From a virus (taxonomy: Duplodnaviria; Caudoviricetes): a stretch of 37,016 nucleotides of DNA. Where the stretch lies: the IMG/VR virus record IMGVR_UViG_3300050159_000058, positions 1-37,016 of that record. One strand, given 5' to 3'. The position numbers and the translations under genes were made by a program. This document shows, piece after piece, positions 25,010 to 32,595 of this stretch. The notes beneath the pieces are model-generated. The model saw only the letters and a list, made by a program, of their open reading frames with translations, did not search any database and had not been told where the DNA came from. How positions within the stretch are numbered: the stretch's first letter is position 1; every line of letters begins with the position of its first letter.

Positions 25010-26215
25010 GGGTGGTTGGTGGTTGCGGTGAACAAGGGCTCCCCAGTAAGGCATGGGGTTGCTGTGAACTTACCAGTCCGCCTTTCACGAATGAAAAGTG
25101 GTTGTTTGCCATCCGGTGCCGATTCGCGATGGCGCCCTCGCGCATGAGTCCGGGTGGGGCGCATGCGTGAGGGTGAGGGTGGCCGGGCACCCTTGGATTT
25201 CTCCGCGCCTGTCAATCCGACTGACACCCTCAAGTATCCCGGCCACCAGCGGGGCTCGAACCCGCTGTGATGCCATCCCATCAAAGAGGCCGGGATGCTT
25301 GAGGACACCCTCAAGGGTTCAGGCTGGATTTCCCGCACGTGGCACTCAAGCAGTTGTCTCTGCTTGTCCAGTTGAGGCAGCCTGAACTCTTGAGGATCCC
25401 CGCTGCTCTCCCGGGGTGGTCTTCAGATCCGGCGCTCCAACGCACTGGAGAGGGACCGGCTCGTAGAAATTATGGCCGCTTACGCCGGCCAGTCGAACCA
25501 CCAACCCCTCGCATAAAGCAGCGTTCGTGCCAGGGAAATTGCGTCTCGACCATCTCAACAGCAGATGGATTTGCCGCGGAGCTAAACCGCAGAGGGGCGG
25601 GTGGTCATGGGGGCGCACTGGTCTCCAGTGCCGCAGGGAGGTTATACAGCACCAAAGGGTGCGCCCTCATGACAATCCGTTGTGCCCGTACTCTCCGGGC
25701 TGTCACGCCGTTCTGGTGGCTTCTGGCTCCAGGCGTTCTCATGCCGCAATTACCGCGATCCACTTTCCGACGGCATACTCCTGCAGGGGTTGAGCCGTAA
25801 TCGTGTACGCCATTTCTGGCGCCTGCACCGATGAATAATTGCAAGGGTGGTCTCACGGCACTCCCCCCGTTTAAGTCCGGCGACATTTCCTCGTTTCAGC
25901 GAGGCTGTGGCCGGGCCCCTTGCGCCCTGGGCCGGGCTGCCGGTTAGGTATATCCGGCGTCACACTTGACCCGCAGGTCCAGGCGGCGACCCATACAACG
26001 GCCTGTTGCCACGTTCCAGGTGGTGTTCTGTTCGTGGCCTCGCCATGCCGCGTTGCTGCGCTTTTGGCGCCTACGACAACCGTCTTTCGAGAGTTGCCGC
26101 ATGCGCGCAGTCTGCTGTGATCAACAGCCAAATTTGTCTGTCCGCCAACTTGTGAAAGAGCCCCTTTCGGGTCCGTAGCGGACTGGGCCTGCTTCGGTGC
26201 TGCGCGTTGCGCTGC
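25010..26215 (-). ncRNA. Long structured non-coding leader / array of RNA modules
   Basis: No credible ORF; multiple long closing stems and a T-loop hairpin; preceded by promoter and boxA. Confidence 0.55.
26150..26161 (-). promoter_or_regulatory. boxA-like antitermination site
   Basis: GCTCTTTCACAA versus boxA consensus GCTCTTTAACAA, ~60 nt downstream of the promoter. Confidence 0.7.
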
Positions 26216-26225
26216 GTTGGGATCA

Positions 26226-26260
26226 ACTGTAGCAGGGTTTGCTCAAAAAAACGCAAACCC
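26226..26260 (-). promoter_or_regulatory. Sigma70-type extended -10 promoter with overlapping inverted repeat
   Basis: TG-c-TACAGT; GGGTTTGC-N10-GCAAACCC. Confidence 0.6.
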
Positions 26261-26267
26261 CTTTGAA

Positions 26268-26510
26268 TCACTCTGGCTTTTCAGCCTTCTCGGCCTGGGC
26301 CGGAGCCGGAGCCGCCGCGCGCTCCTTCTCCACCTGCGCCATCCGCGCCTTGATGTGCTCGGGCGCGCCGGCCAGCAGCTTGTCGATGAACGCCTGGGGA
26401 ACCTCGCGGCCGCCGTCGTAGCCGTCGTACAGCCGGTGCGGGATGCCGCCCTGGGTCAACTCGGCGCCCTGGCCTTCAGGGGGCTGCCGGGTCACTTCTT
26501 GGTCTTGCAC
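26268..26510 (-). CDS. Hypothetical 80-aa protein
   Basis: GTG start after strong SD AAAGGAGG; own sigma70-type promoter. Confidence 0.7.
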   Translation of the reverse strand: MQDQEVTRQPPEGQGAELTQGGIPHRLYDGYDGGREVPQAFIDKLLAGAPEHIKARMAQVEKERAAAPAPAQAEKAEKPE

Positions 26511-28207
26511 TTGGAACCTCCTTTCAACATCAGCATGATAGCCTGTTGCTCATTTTTGAGCAACACGCCGACGGGCAAATGCTTGTCGGCGTGGTGAACG
26601 CCCAGCGACTTCATGACGATCTTTTTCGGCACCGTGCCAGGCTCGCCCTTCTTGGCGATCAGCGTCGGGCCGGCGTCCTTGGCACCGCTGTTGTCGTGGA
26701 ACGTCCAGGCGTCGACCTTGCCCTTGATATTGTCGAAGTTCTCTTCGTTCTTGGTGTTGCCCATGACAACCTCGGGCGGCACGAAACGCCCCTTCTCGCC
26801 GCCGTTCAGGAACCTGCCGATGGCTCGCTTGGTGGCTTCCTGGCGCGGCAGGTGCATGTAGTGGGCTTCCGTGCGGTAGCCGATATGCTTGAAGTGGTCG
26901 ACCTTCTCCTCGATCGACTTGCCGGTTTTCATGGTTGCGTCCAGCACGATGTTCAGGCCCAGCACTTGGGCGATGCGCATCACGGACTCCAGCACGTCGG
27001 AGCTTTCCTCGTGGACTTGGTGGGCGTTCCAGCCGGCGTACTCCGGGATCATGCCCTTGATGTGGTCGGCGTCCAGCACCACGGCGCGTGACTCATCGTA
27101 GACGCGACCGTTCAGGCTGGACTTCCCGGAGCCGCCGCGGCCGCCCAGTGCGATGAACGTCGGCCGCTCACCTGGCGCCGGCGTGGCGGCCTTGACGCGC
27201 TCAGGCGACAGCAGGCCGGGCACCTTCTTGCCGTCGACTGTCGTGCCCTCGAAGATCAGTTTGTGGTGGAGCTCGGCCCGCTCCGGCGACCACTGACCAC
27301 CCTTGAAGAACTGATCGACGGTCTGCGTCACGCTGCCGGCGCGCTTGTGGGCGGCCTCGATCTTCTGGCGGGCCTCGTCGCCGAAGCCAGCGATGATGCT
27401 GTCGGCCGTGGCATTCTTGTCGTCGTGCTGGTCGGAGAACGCCGACGCACTGAACGCATCGGGGTCGCCCTCGTGTGGCTTGACGGGTGTCTTGTGCGGC
27501 GCCACGGCGTCGTTCGCCGCCTGCTGCGGCTGCTGCGCCTGGGCGTGCGGCCCCTGATCTGGCGCGCCGCCGCCTTCCCATCGGTGCGTGACGGTGTTGT
27601 GGGGCACGCGGTGCAGGCCGCCCTTGGCGTCGCGAACCGTGACGCCGTCGCGGCCGGCTGCCACCACTTTGCCGTGGCCCAGGTGCTCGCCGTTGGCGAA
27701 CCCCACGTGATGGCCTCGCTCGGCCGGCGGATCCTCGGGCCGCGTCGACACCCAGCGCGTCGTCTGCACGCCGTTCTTGTCGGTGATGGTCTTCTTCGCC
27801 AGGCCAGGCCCGCCCATGTAGGGAGCCGCGGCGCCAGCCGCCTTCAGGAACACCAGGCGCTTGCCGCCGCTCATCGACTTGACCACCATTTTCTCCTCGC
27901 GGGCTTCCGGCGGGATGGCGATGAAATGCCGGCCACCGGCGGCATCCCTCACGATCATGCCGTCCTCGCCATCGTCTTCGACTTCGTAGCTCTGCGCCGC
28001 CCGGGTCTTGTGGGCGAGCACGTGTTTCCATGGCACGCGGTGCTGGCGGCTGCCGATCTGGATGACGGCGCCGTGCTGGCCGTGGGAGAGAACCTTGCCC
28101 ACGCATGGGCCCTTTGCGTGGCGCACGTAGACCTCATCGCCTGGCACCACGCCGGGCAGCGGGCCGGCTTGGGGCTGGCGTCGCGCGCCTTCAGCTGCTG
28201 CCATCAC
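26492..28207 (-). CDS. Multidomain protein with C-terminal zeta-toxin-like P-loop kinase
   Basis: LGGRGGSGKS Walker A, LDADHIK, IVLDATM, GRFVP motifs; N-terminal SH3-like repeats; overlaps portal stop. Confidence 0.8.
   Translation of the reverse strand: MMAAAEGARRQPQAGPLPGVVPGDEVYVRHAKGPCVGKVLSHGQHGAVIQIGSRQHRVPWKHVLAHKTRAAQSYEVEDDGEDGMIVRDAAGGRHFIAIPPEAREEKMVVKSMSGGKRLVFLKAAGAAAPYMGGPGLAKKTITDKNGVQTTRWVSTRPEDPPAERGHHVGFANGEHLGHGKVVAAGRDGVTVRDAKGGLHRVPHNTVTHRWEGGGAPDQGPHAQAQQPQQAANDAVAPHKTPVKPHEGDPDAFSASAFSDQHDDKNATADSIIAGFGDEARQKIEAAHKRAGSVTQTVDQFFKGGQWSPERAELHHKLIFEGTTVDGKKVPGLLSPERVKAATPAPGERPTFIALGGRGGSGKSSLNGRVYDESRAVVLDADHIKGMIPEYAGWNAHQVHEESSDVLESVMRIAQVLGLNIVLDATMKTGKSIEEKVDHFKHIGYRTEAHYMHLPRQEATKRAIGRFLNGGEKGRFVPPEVVMGNTKNEENFDNIKGKVDAWTFHDNSGAKDAGPTLIAKKGEPGTVPKKIVMKSLGVHHADKHLPVGVLLKNEQQAIMLMLKGGSKCKTKK
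26535..26565 (-). promoter_or_regulatory. Sigma70 promoter with perfect palindromic operator, inside the 3' end of the kinase gene
   Basis: TTGCTC-17-TATCAT; TGTTGCTCA-N4-TGAGCAACA at 26544..26565. Confidence 0.7.
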
Positions 28208-30012
28208 TCACCCCCGATGGTGTAGACCGGCAGGCCGAAAGCCTTCTCCATGCCGCCGTCGCCGCCGCGCTCGAGGTCCGGCACCTGATCAGGTGGGTCG
28301 CCACCGGCTCCGCCGCCCGGCACCTGGCCGAAGTCGCCGCCCTGCGCGCCCTGTGCCCCCGGCGCGCCCTGTGCCCCCTGGCCACCGAAGTCTCCGGCGT
28401 CGCCAGGCTCACCCGGGCCGGCATCACCCGGCGCGCCAGGCTGGCCGTAGTCCTCCATGCCCTGCTGCTGCTCCGCTTGCTTGGCCTGCGACCACGGGCC
28501 TACCAGCGACGGGTTAAGCGGGGCATCACCCCAGTCGGCCGGCGCCTTGTCCATGTTCATCTGAGCGCGTAACTCGTCCACCGACATGACCAACTTCTTG
28601 GCCTCCCACTCCTGGGCGGCATCCTGATCGTCCAGGCCTGTCCAGCGGAACACGTACTTGTCGCCGAACTCGCCGACGACGTAGTCCGTGAACAGGTCGG
28701 AGTAGTGGTTCAGCAGCGGCCGCAGGCCCTTGTCTTTCGACGCAGCCAGCTTCTCCTCGGTGTCGTCACCGGACAGCGACGACGCGCCGCTGGTGAAGCT
28801 CTCAAAGTTGATTTCGTCGGGGGCAATTGAGTAGATCGCGCAGATGATCGACGTCAGGAACGTCATCCACTTGGCGAACATGATTTCGTTGGCTTCGACT
28901 CCGAAGCGCTCGAAAGCCGCCTTGGACTCCTGATCCTTGGACACCATGACAGGCAGCGCCCAGGCGTTGTTCACGCCTTTGACCATGCCGTTCCAGTACC
29001 GCTTGAACGCCGTGATGTCGCGGTCGTCGTAGTTGCCGGTCAGGTGCAGCATGCCCTTGGGGATGGCGTTGCTGTCGAAAAACTTGGTGTTGTAGGTGAA
29101 GGCGTTCAGCAGGCCGGTGACGACGCGGATCAGCAACTCCGTCTCGCCCATGCCGTAGCCGCCCACCATGACGTCGGTGCGCGGGTTGCGCGGCACGTAG
29201 ATCAGGTCGTCGTAGCCGTAGGCGGCGCGGATCTGGCCCTGCACCACCTGCAGAGCAAAGATTTCGTCGTCGCCATGGTAGCCGTGCTCCGTGCACAGCC
29301 GGATGGTGGCGCCGTCAACGGCGTACATGCCGTCCAGGCCCAGCGACTTGTCGCGCTTCCACTCGGTCTCAATCGGCGCCGAGTCCATGGTCAGGCTGTC
29401 GCGCACCAGCTTGGCCATCAGCGCCGGCAGTGCGTCGCGCTTGAGCCTGGCGCGCTGGCGCGGCTTGCGCTCCCAGCCGGAGTTGGTGAAAAACGACTCC
29501 AGCGCCTTCATGCTGGACTTGTCGGTGTCGTCAGGATGGTCGTCGCGCTCGCGCAGCGCGATCTTGAAGCCGGGCCCCTTGCCGGTCTCGTTGACGTGGC
29601 AGAAGCGCTGCACCTGGCGGATGCGCGTCATCAGCACGGCGCCCAGGATGGGCGTCTGGTCGACCATAGCGCGCATGGAGTCGAACGCGAACACGCCGGG
29701 CTTGTCGTAGTAGTCGCCCTGCACGTTGACCTGCAGGTCGTCGAGGTAGACGGACTGCATGCCGGGCCGGCGCTCGCGTGCCGCCACCGACGGGAACGGG
29801 ATCACCTGGCCTCGGCCCATGGCCTTCGCCATGGCCTGGTCCTCCAGATCGGCCAGGATGTGGTCAATCACAGGCTGAATGTCCGACCGCGGCAGCAGGT
29901 CCGACATGGCGCGCGGCATGCTACCACGCTGCAGTTCAGCCTGCGCGTCCCTGCGCTCATCCGGTGGTGCGGCCTCGTTGAACGCGACGGCGCGGGCTTG
30001 ATCGGTGCTCAT
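28204..30012 (-). CDS. Portal protein
   Basis: VDGATIR, GYGMGETE, FFDSNAIPKGML, GLRPLL motifs; Gly-rich C-terminal tail. Confidence 0.9.
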   Translation of the reverse strand: MSTDQARAVAFNEAAPPDERRDAQAELQRGSMPRAMSDLLPRSDIQPVIDHILADLEDQAMAKAMGRGQVIPFPSVAARERRPGMQSVYLDDLQVNVQGDYYDKPGVFAFDSMRAMVDQTPILGAVLMTRIRQVQRFCHVNETGKGPGFKIALRERDDHPDDTDKSSMKALESFFTNSGWERKPRQRARLKRDALPALMAKLVRDSLTMDSAPIETEWKRDKSLGLDGMYAVDGATIRLCTEHGYHGDDEIFALQVVQGQIRAAYGYDDLIYVPRNPRTDVMVGGYGMGETELLIRVVTGLLNAFTYNTKFFDSNAIPKGMLHLTGNYDDRDITAFKRYWNGMVKGVNNAWALPVMVSKDQESKAAFERFGVEANEIMFAKWMTFLTSIICAIYSIAPDEINFESFTSGASSLSGDDTEEKLAASKDKGLRPLLNHYSDLFTDYVVGEFGDKYVFRWTGLDDQDAAQEWEAKKLVMSVDELRAQMNMDKAPADWGDAPLNPSLVGPWSQAKQAEQQQGMEDYGQPGAPGDAGPGEPGDAGDFGGQGAQGAPGAQGAQGGDFGQVPGGGAGGDPPDQVPDLERGGDGGMEKAFGLPVYTIGGE

Positions 30013-30018
30013 GCCGAC

Positions 30019-30034
30019 AGTGTGGGGTCACGAC
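30019..30034 (-). promoter_or_regulatory. Late-promoter motif, 6 nt before ATG
   Basis: GTCGTGA-ccc-CACACT-gtcggc-ATG. Confidence 0.8.
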
Positions 30035-30053
30035 GGCGGGTGTGGCGGGTGTG

Positions 30054-30076
30054 AAAAAGCCCGCCGAAGCGGGCTT
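30054..30076 (-). terminator. Intrinsic terminator
   Basis: AAGCCCGC-TTCG-GCGGGCTTTTT. Confidence 0.85.
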
Positions 30077-30170
30077 GGGTACGCACCGGCAGGGGATGGG
30101 AAGTCAAAGGCCGACAGCCAGCCCAAGCGCCCCAGCTCGAAGTGCCAGGTAATCGTGACCGGGCTGCGTT
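30054..30170 (-). repeat. Inverted repeat copy B
   Basis: Reverse complement identical to 1..117. Confidence 0.95.
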
Positions 30171-31687
30171 GGGTGGATGTTGTCGGCGCCAGTCAGCAGT
30201 GCCATGTTCGTGGACGTGACCAGCCCTTGAACGTCAATGAACGACACGCCGGCAGTATTGGCCGCCGCCAGAATTGCTGCCCGCACTGCGGTCAGGTTCG
30301 TGGTGTCGCCAAGCGGTGTCCACGGACCCATGATGATTGGCTTTACGGTTGACGCCGCGACGTATGCCGATACGTTTGTGGAAAGCGCGCCCATATCGCC
30401 GCCCGCGTCGTTGTAACCCAGCGCGACAATGTGTTTTGTCGGGGTGATGGGGTAATTTACGCCGCCTTTGCGGTAAGCCAGTGCATTTGCCCCATCGACG
30501 CCCAGCCGGGTCAGCGGCGAAGTAGAACCCGAAGTATTCCAGCCGGTGCTGCCAACGCCATTCAAAAATGGCATGTAACCAAGCGCCTTGGCAAACTTAA
30601 CCGCCCACGCAAAAGCCGCGGCCGTTGTTCCCGAGCCCGCTGTGTACGAGTCGCCCATTATTGCCATCGTGGACGTTGCAATGCGCGGTGCCCAGATAGT
30701 ATCGCCGGCCGACAGCACCACGCCACCGAAGGGCAAGTTGAACCCCGCAATGGTGATTTTTCGGGGCTTGCTGACAACAGAAACCAAACTGGTTGATGTT
30801 GCCGTCTGGCTTTGCGATACGTTGTAGGTTCCGGTGCCGCCGGTGCCCGTTCCCAGGCTGGTGATGACGGTGTTTTTCGTGACGCCAGAGCCGGTGACTA
30901 CCTGACCGACTGCCAAGGTTCCAGCCGTCACGGCAGAAACGGTCAGCACCGTGCCGCTGATGGCCCCGGTACAGGTTGCACCGAAATTGAGGTTGACGTA
31001 TGAATTTGACCCGGCTGTATCCGTCACCATGTCTGCCGACATTGCCGGGACGTCATCCACAAAAATCATCGCATGGGTGTTGTAGCGGATGAAAAACAGG
31101 TCAAGCAATCCGCTCGTCGTCATAAATTCGATGACGGTGTATTTCCCGGTCAGGTTATAGGTGAGGTAACCGTTCCAGAATTGCAGATTCGTCGCACCGT
31201 AGTAAACGATTGACGAATCTTCAGGGCCGATGGTTTGTCCGCCGCTGATCGAGGTCGAAGTGCCGCCGATGGTGATAAGCGGTCCGCCAGCGGGCGCAAT
31301 TGACGGACCTACCGTCAGGGCGCGATTGATCCCAGCCCCTGACACCAAGCCTGGGAAAGCCGCAGCCTGTGCGGGGGTGCCCATCACCACAACCCCACCC
31401 GCGCCACCGCCAGGCAGGCAGAACTCGCTGGTCATCGCCGTGGGGATGACGTCGCCAGACGTGCCGGACAGTGTGCCGCCCGAGTAGCTGAACACCTGTG
31501 TCAGCGCGATACGCTGATTTTTGGCGACAAGCCGCAAGGGATAGCCGTTGTCGTCGCGGGTAAGTTGGCAGCCGAAACCGTTCTCGACCCAGTCCGTCAG
31601 CCGGCCGGCGCTGTCGCGCTGGACGTTGCGGACGCCCCGCGGGTGGCCGTTGATGAACTCGGTGACGCGGGATGTTTGGGATGTCAT
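30104..31687 (-). CDS. Virion-associated fibre/spike-like protein with C-terminal SGNH/GDSL hydrolase
   Basis: GDSY, NGVGSTG, LGYND, DNIHP blocks; central Thr/Gly-rich beta module. Confidence 0.8.
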   Translation of the reverse strand: MTSQTSRVTEFINGHPRGVRNVQRDSAGRLTDWVENGFGCQLTRDDNGYPLRLVAKNQRIALTQVFSYSGGTLSGTSGDVIPTAMTSEFCLPGGGAGGVVVMGTPAQAAAFPGLVSGAGINRALTVGPSIAPAGGPLITIGGTSTSISGGQTIGPEDSSIVYYGATNLQFWNGYLTYNLTGKYTVIEFMTTSGLLDLFFIRYNTHAMIFVDDVPAMSADMVTDTAGSNSYVNLNFGATCTGAISGTVLTVSAVTAGTLAVGQVVTGSGVTKNTVITSLGTGTGGTGTYNVSQSQTATSTSLVSVVSKPRKITIAGFNLPFGGVVLSAGDTIWAPRIATSTMAIMGDSYTAGSGTTAAAFAWAVKFAKALGYMPFLNGVGSTGWNTSGSTSPLTRLGVDGANALAYRKGGVNYPITPTKHIVALGYNDAGGDMGALSTNVSAYVAASTVKPIIMGPWTPLGDTTNLTAVRAAILAAANTAGVSFIDVQGLVTSTNMALLTGADNIHPTQPGHDYLALRAGALGLAVGL

Positions 31688-31717
31688 GGCGATTCTGGGT
31701 TGACGAGCTGATAGCGC

Positions 31718-31733
31718 ATCATGAGGTCACGAC
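31718..31733 (-). promoter_or_regulatory. Late-promoter motif copy
   Basis: GTCGTGA-cct-CATGAT upstream of the SGNH gene. Confidence 0.7.
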
Positions 31734-31747
31734 GCCTGGCCGACGCT

Positions 31748-32551
31748 CTACAGCGCCACATCGCGCCGCACGGCCTCACCAAACACGCGCTGCGCCAGCG
31801 GCTGCATGCGCTGGACGACCTGGCGCACGATGTAGAGGCCCGGCCGTGGCGGGATGATCCACCCCTTGGAGTCCTCGGTCATCACGCGGAACGTCATGTA
31901 AGTCGATGACTTCTTGCCACCCGGGCTAGTGGTGCTGAACCTGACCATGCCGGCAAACCGATCGGCTTTGCCCTTCGGGTTCGGCCCCATCATGCCGGCG
32001 CCGAGCTGGTCGCCCCATGTGTAGACGTTCTGGTTCACCGTCAACAGACGGCGCGTCTTGACGTCCGACGCCCCGGTGCCTGACAGCCGCTGCTTTTGGC
32101 CGATCACCGTCGACGGCTTGAGCTTCCTGGCGACGTTGTAGACATGCTGGGGCATGCTGGGGCCCAGCGCGGCATGGCCTGGCGTCTGGTGGCGAAACGG
32201 GATGATGAGGTAGCGCTTGCCCTTCTTCGACAGCCTGGTCTTCAGCGATGTGTCGAGCATCTTCTTCAGGTCGCGCGCCGGCCGGCCGTTCTCGATTTCC
32301 TCGGCGTAGCGGTAGTTCGACGCCACCTCGGCGCTGAATGCGCCGGTCATTTGCCACTGGATGGAAGCCGCGTAGGCATCCTTCTCGCCAGACCACAGCT
32401 TGGCGCGCTGCACGGCCTCCACCCAGTCGGCGGCGGTCTGCTGGGCGACGGCTCGCACGGCCTGCCCCAGCCTGGGGAGGGCTTTGGCGTAGACCAGCGC
32501 CATGATGGCGGCGGCCGACGGCATCTCGACGGAAATCTTGAGTTCAGCCAT
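31748..32551 (-). CDS. Putative neck/tail-completion protein (HK97 gp10-like)
   Basis: YAEEIENG, YLIIPFRH, TFRVMT, WIIP motifs; basic protein. Confidence 0.6.
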   Translation of the reverse strand: MAELKISVEMPSAAAIMALVYAKALPRLGQAVRAVAQQTAADWVEAVQRAKLWSGEKDAYAASIQWQMTGAFSAEVASNYRYAEEIENGRPARDLKKMLDTSLKTRLSKKGKRYLIIPFRHQTPGHAALGPSMPQHVYNVARKLKPSTVIGQKQRLSGTGASDVKTRRLLTVNQNVYTWGDQLGAGMMGPNPKGKADRFAGMVRFSTTSPGGKKSSTYMTFRVMTEDSKGWIIPPRPGLYIVRQVVQRMQPLAQRVFGEAVRRDVAL

Positions 32552-32557
32552 GGCGAC

Positions 32558-32589
32558 AGTGTGGCGTCACGCCGTCGTGACCACATCAT
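32558..32589. promoter_or_regulatory. Back-to-back divergent pair of late-promoter motifs
   Basis: Minus: GGCGTGA-cgc-CACACT-N6-ATG; plus: GTCGTGA-cca-CATCAT-N6-ATG; together they fill the 44-bp intergenic gap. Confidence 0.85.
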
Positions 32590-32595
32590 CGCGGC

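Noticed and set aside
25247-25267. Second tRNA or tmRNA 3' end
   Set aside because: T-arm present but no acceptor stem with CCA, anticodon arm or tag reading frame; kept only as a tRNA-like module
25223-25395. Possible CRISPR mini-array
   Set aside because: Only two 12-bp direct repeats forming stem ends; no cas genes or regular repeat-spacer period
24727-26271. Short ORFs across the structured region (e.g. 24727..25338, 25339..25800, 25605..25886)
   Set aside because: Mutually overlapping, no SD, atypical composition; one runs into the tRNA
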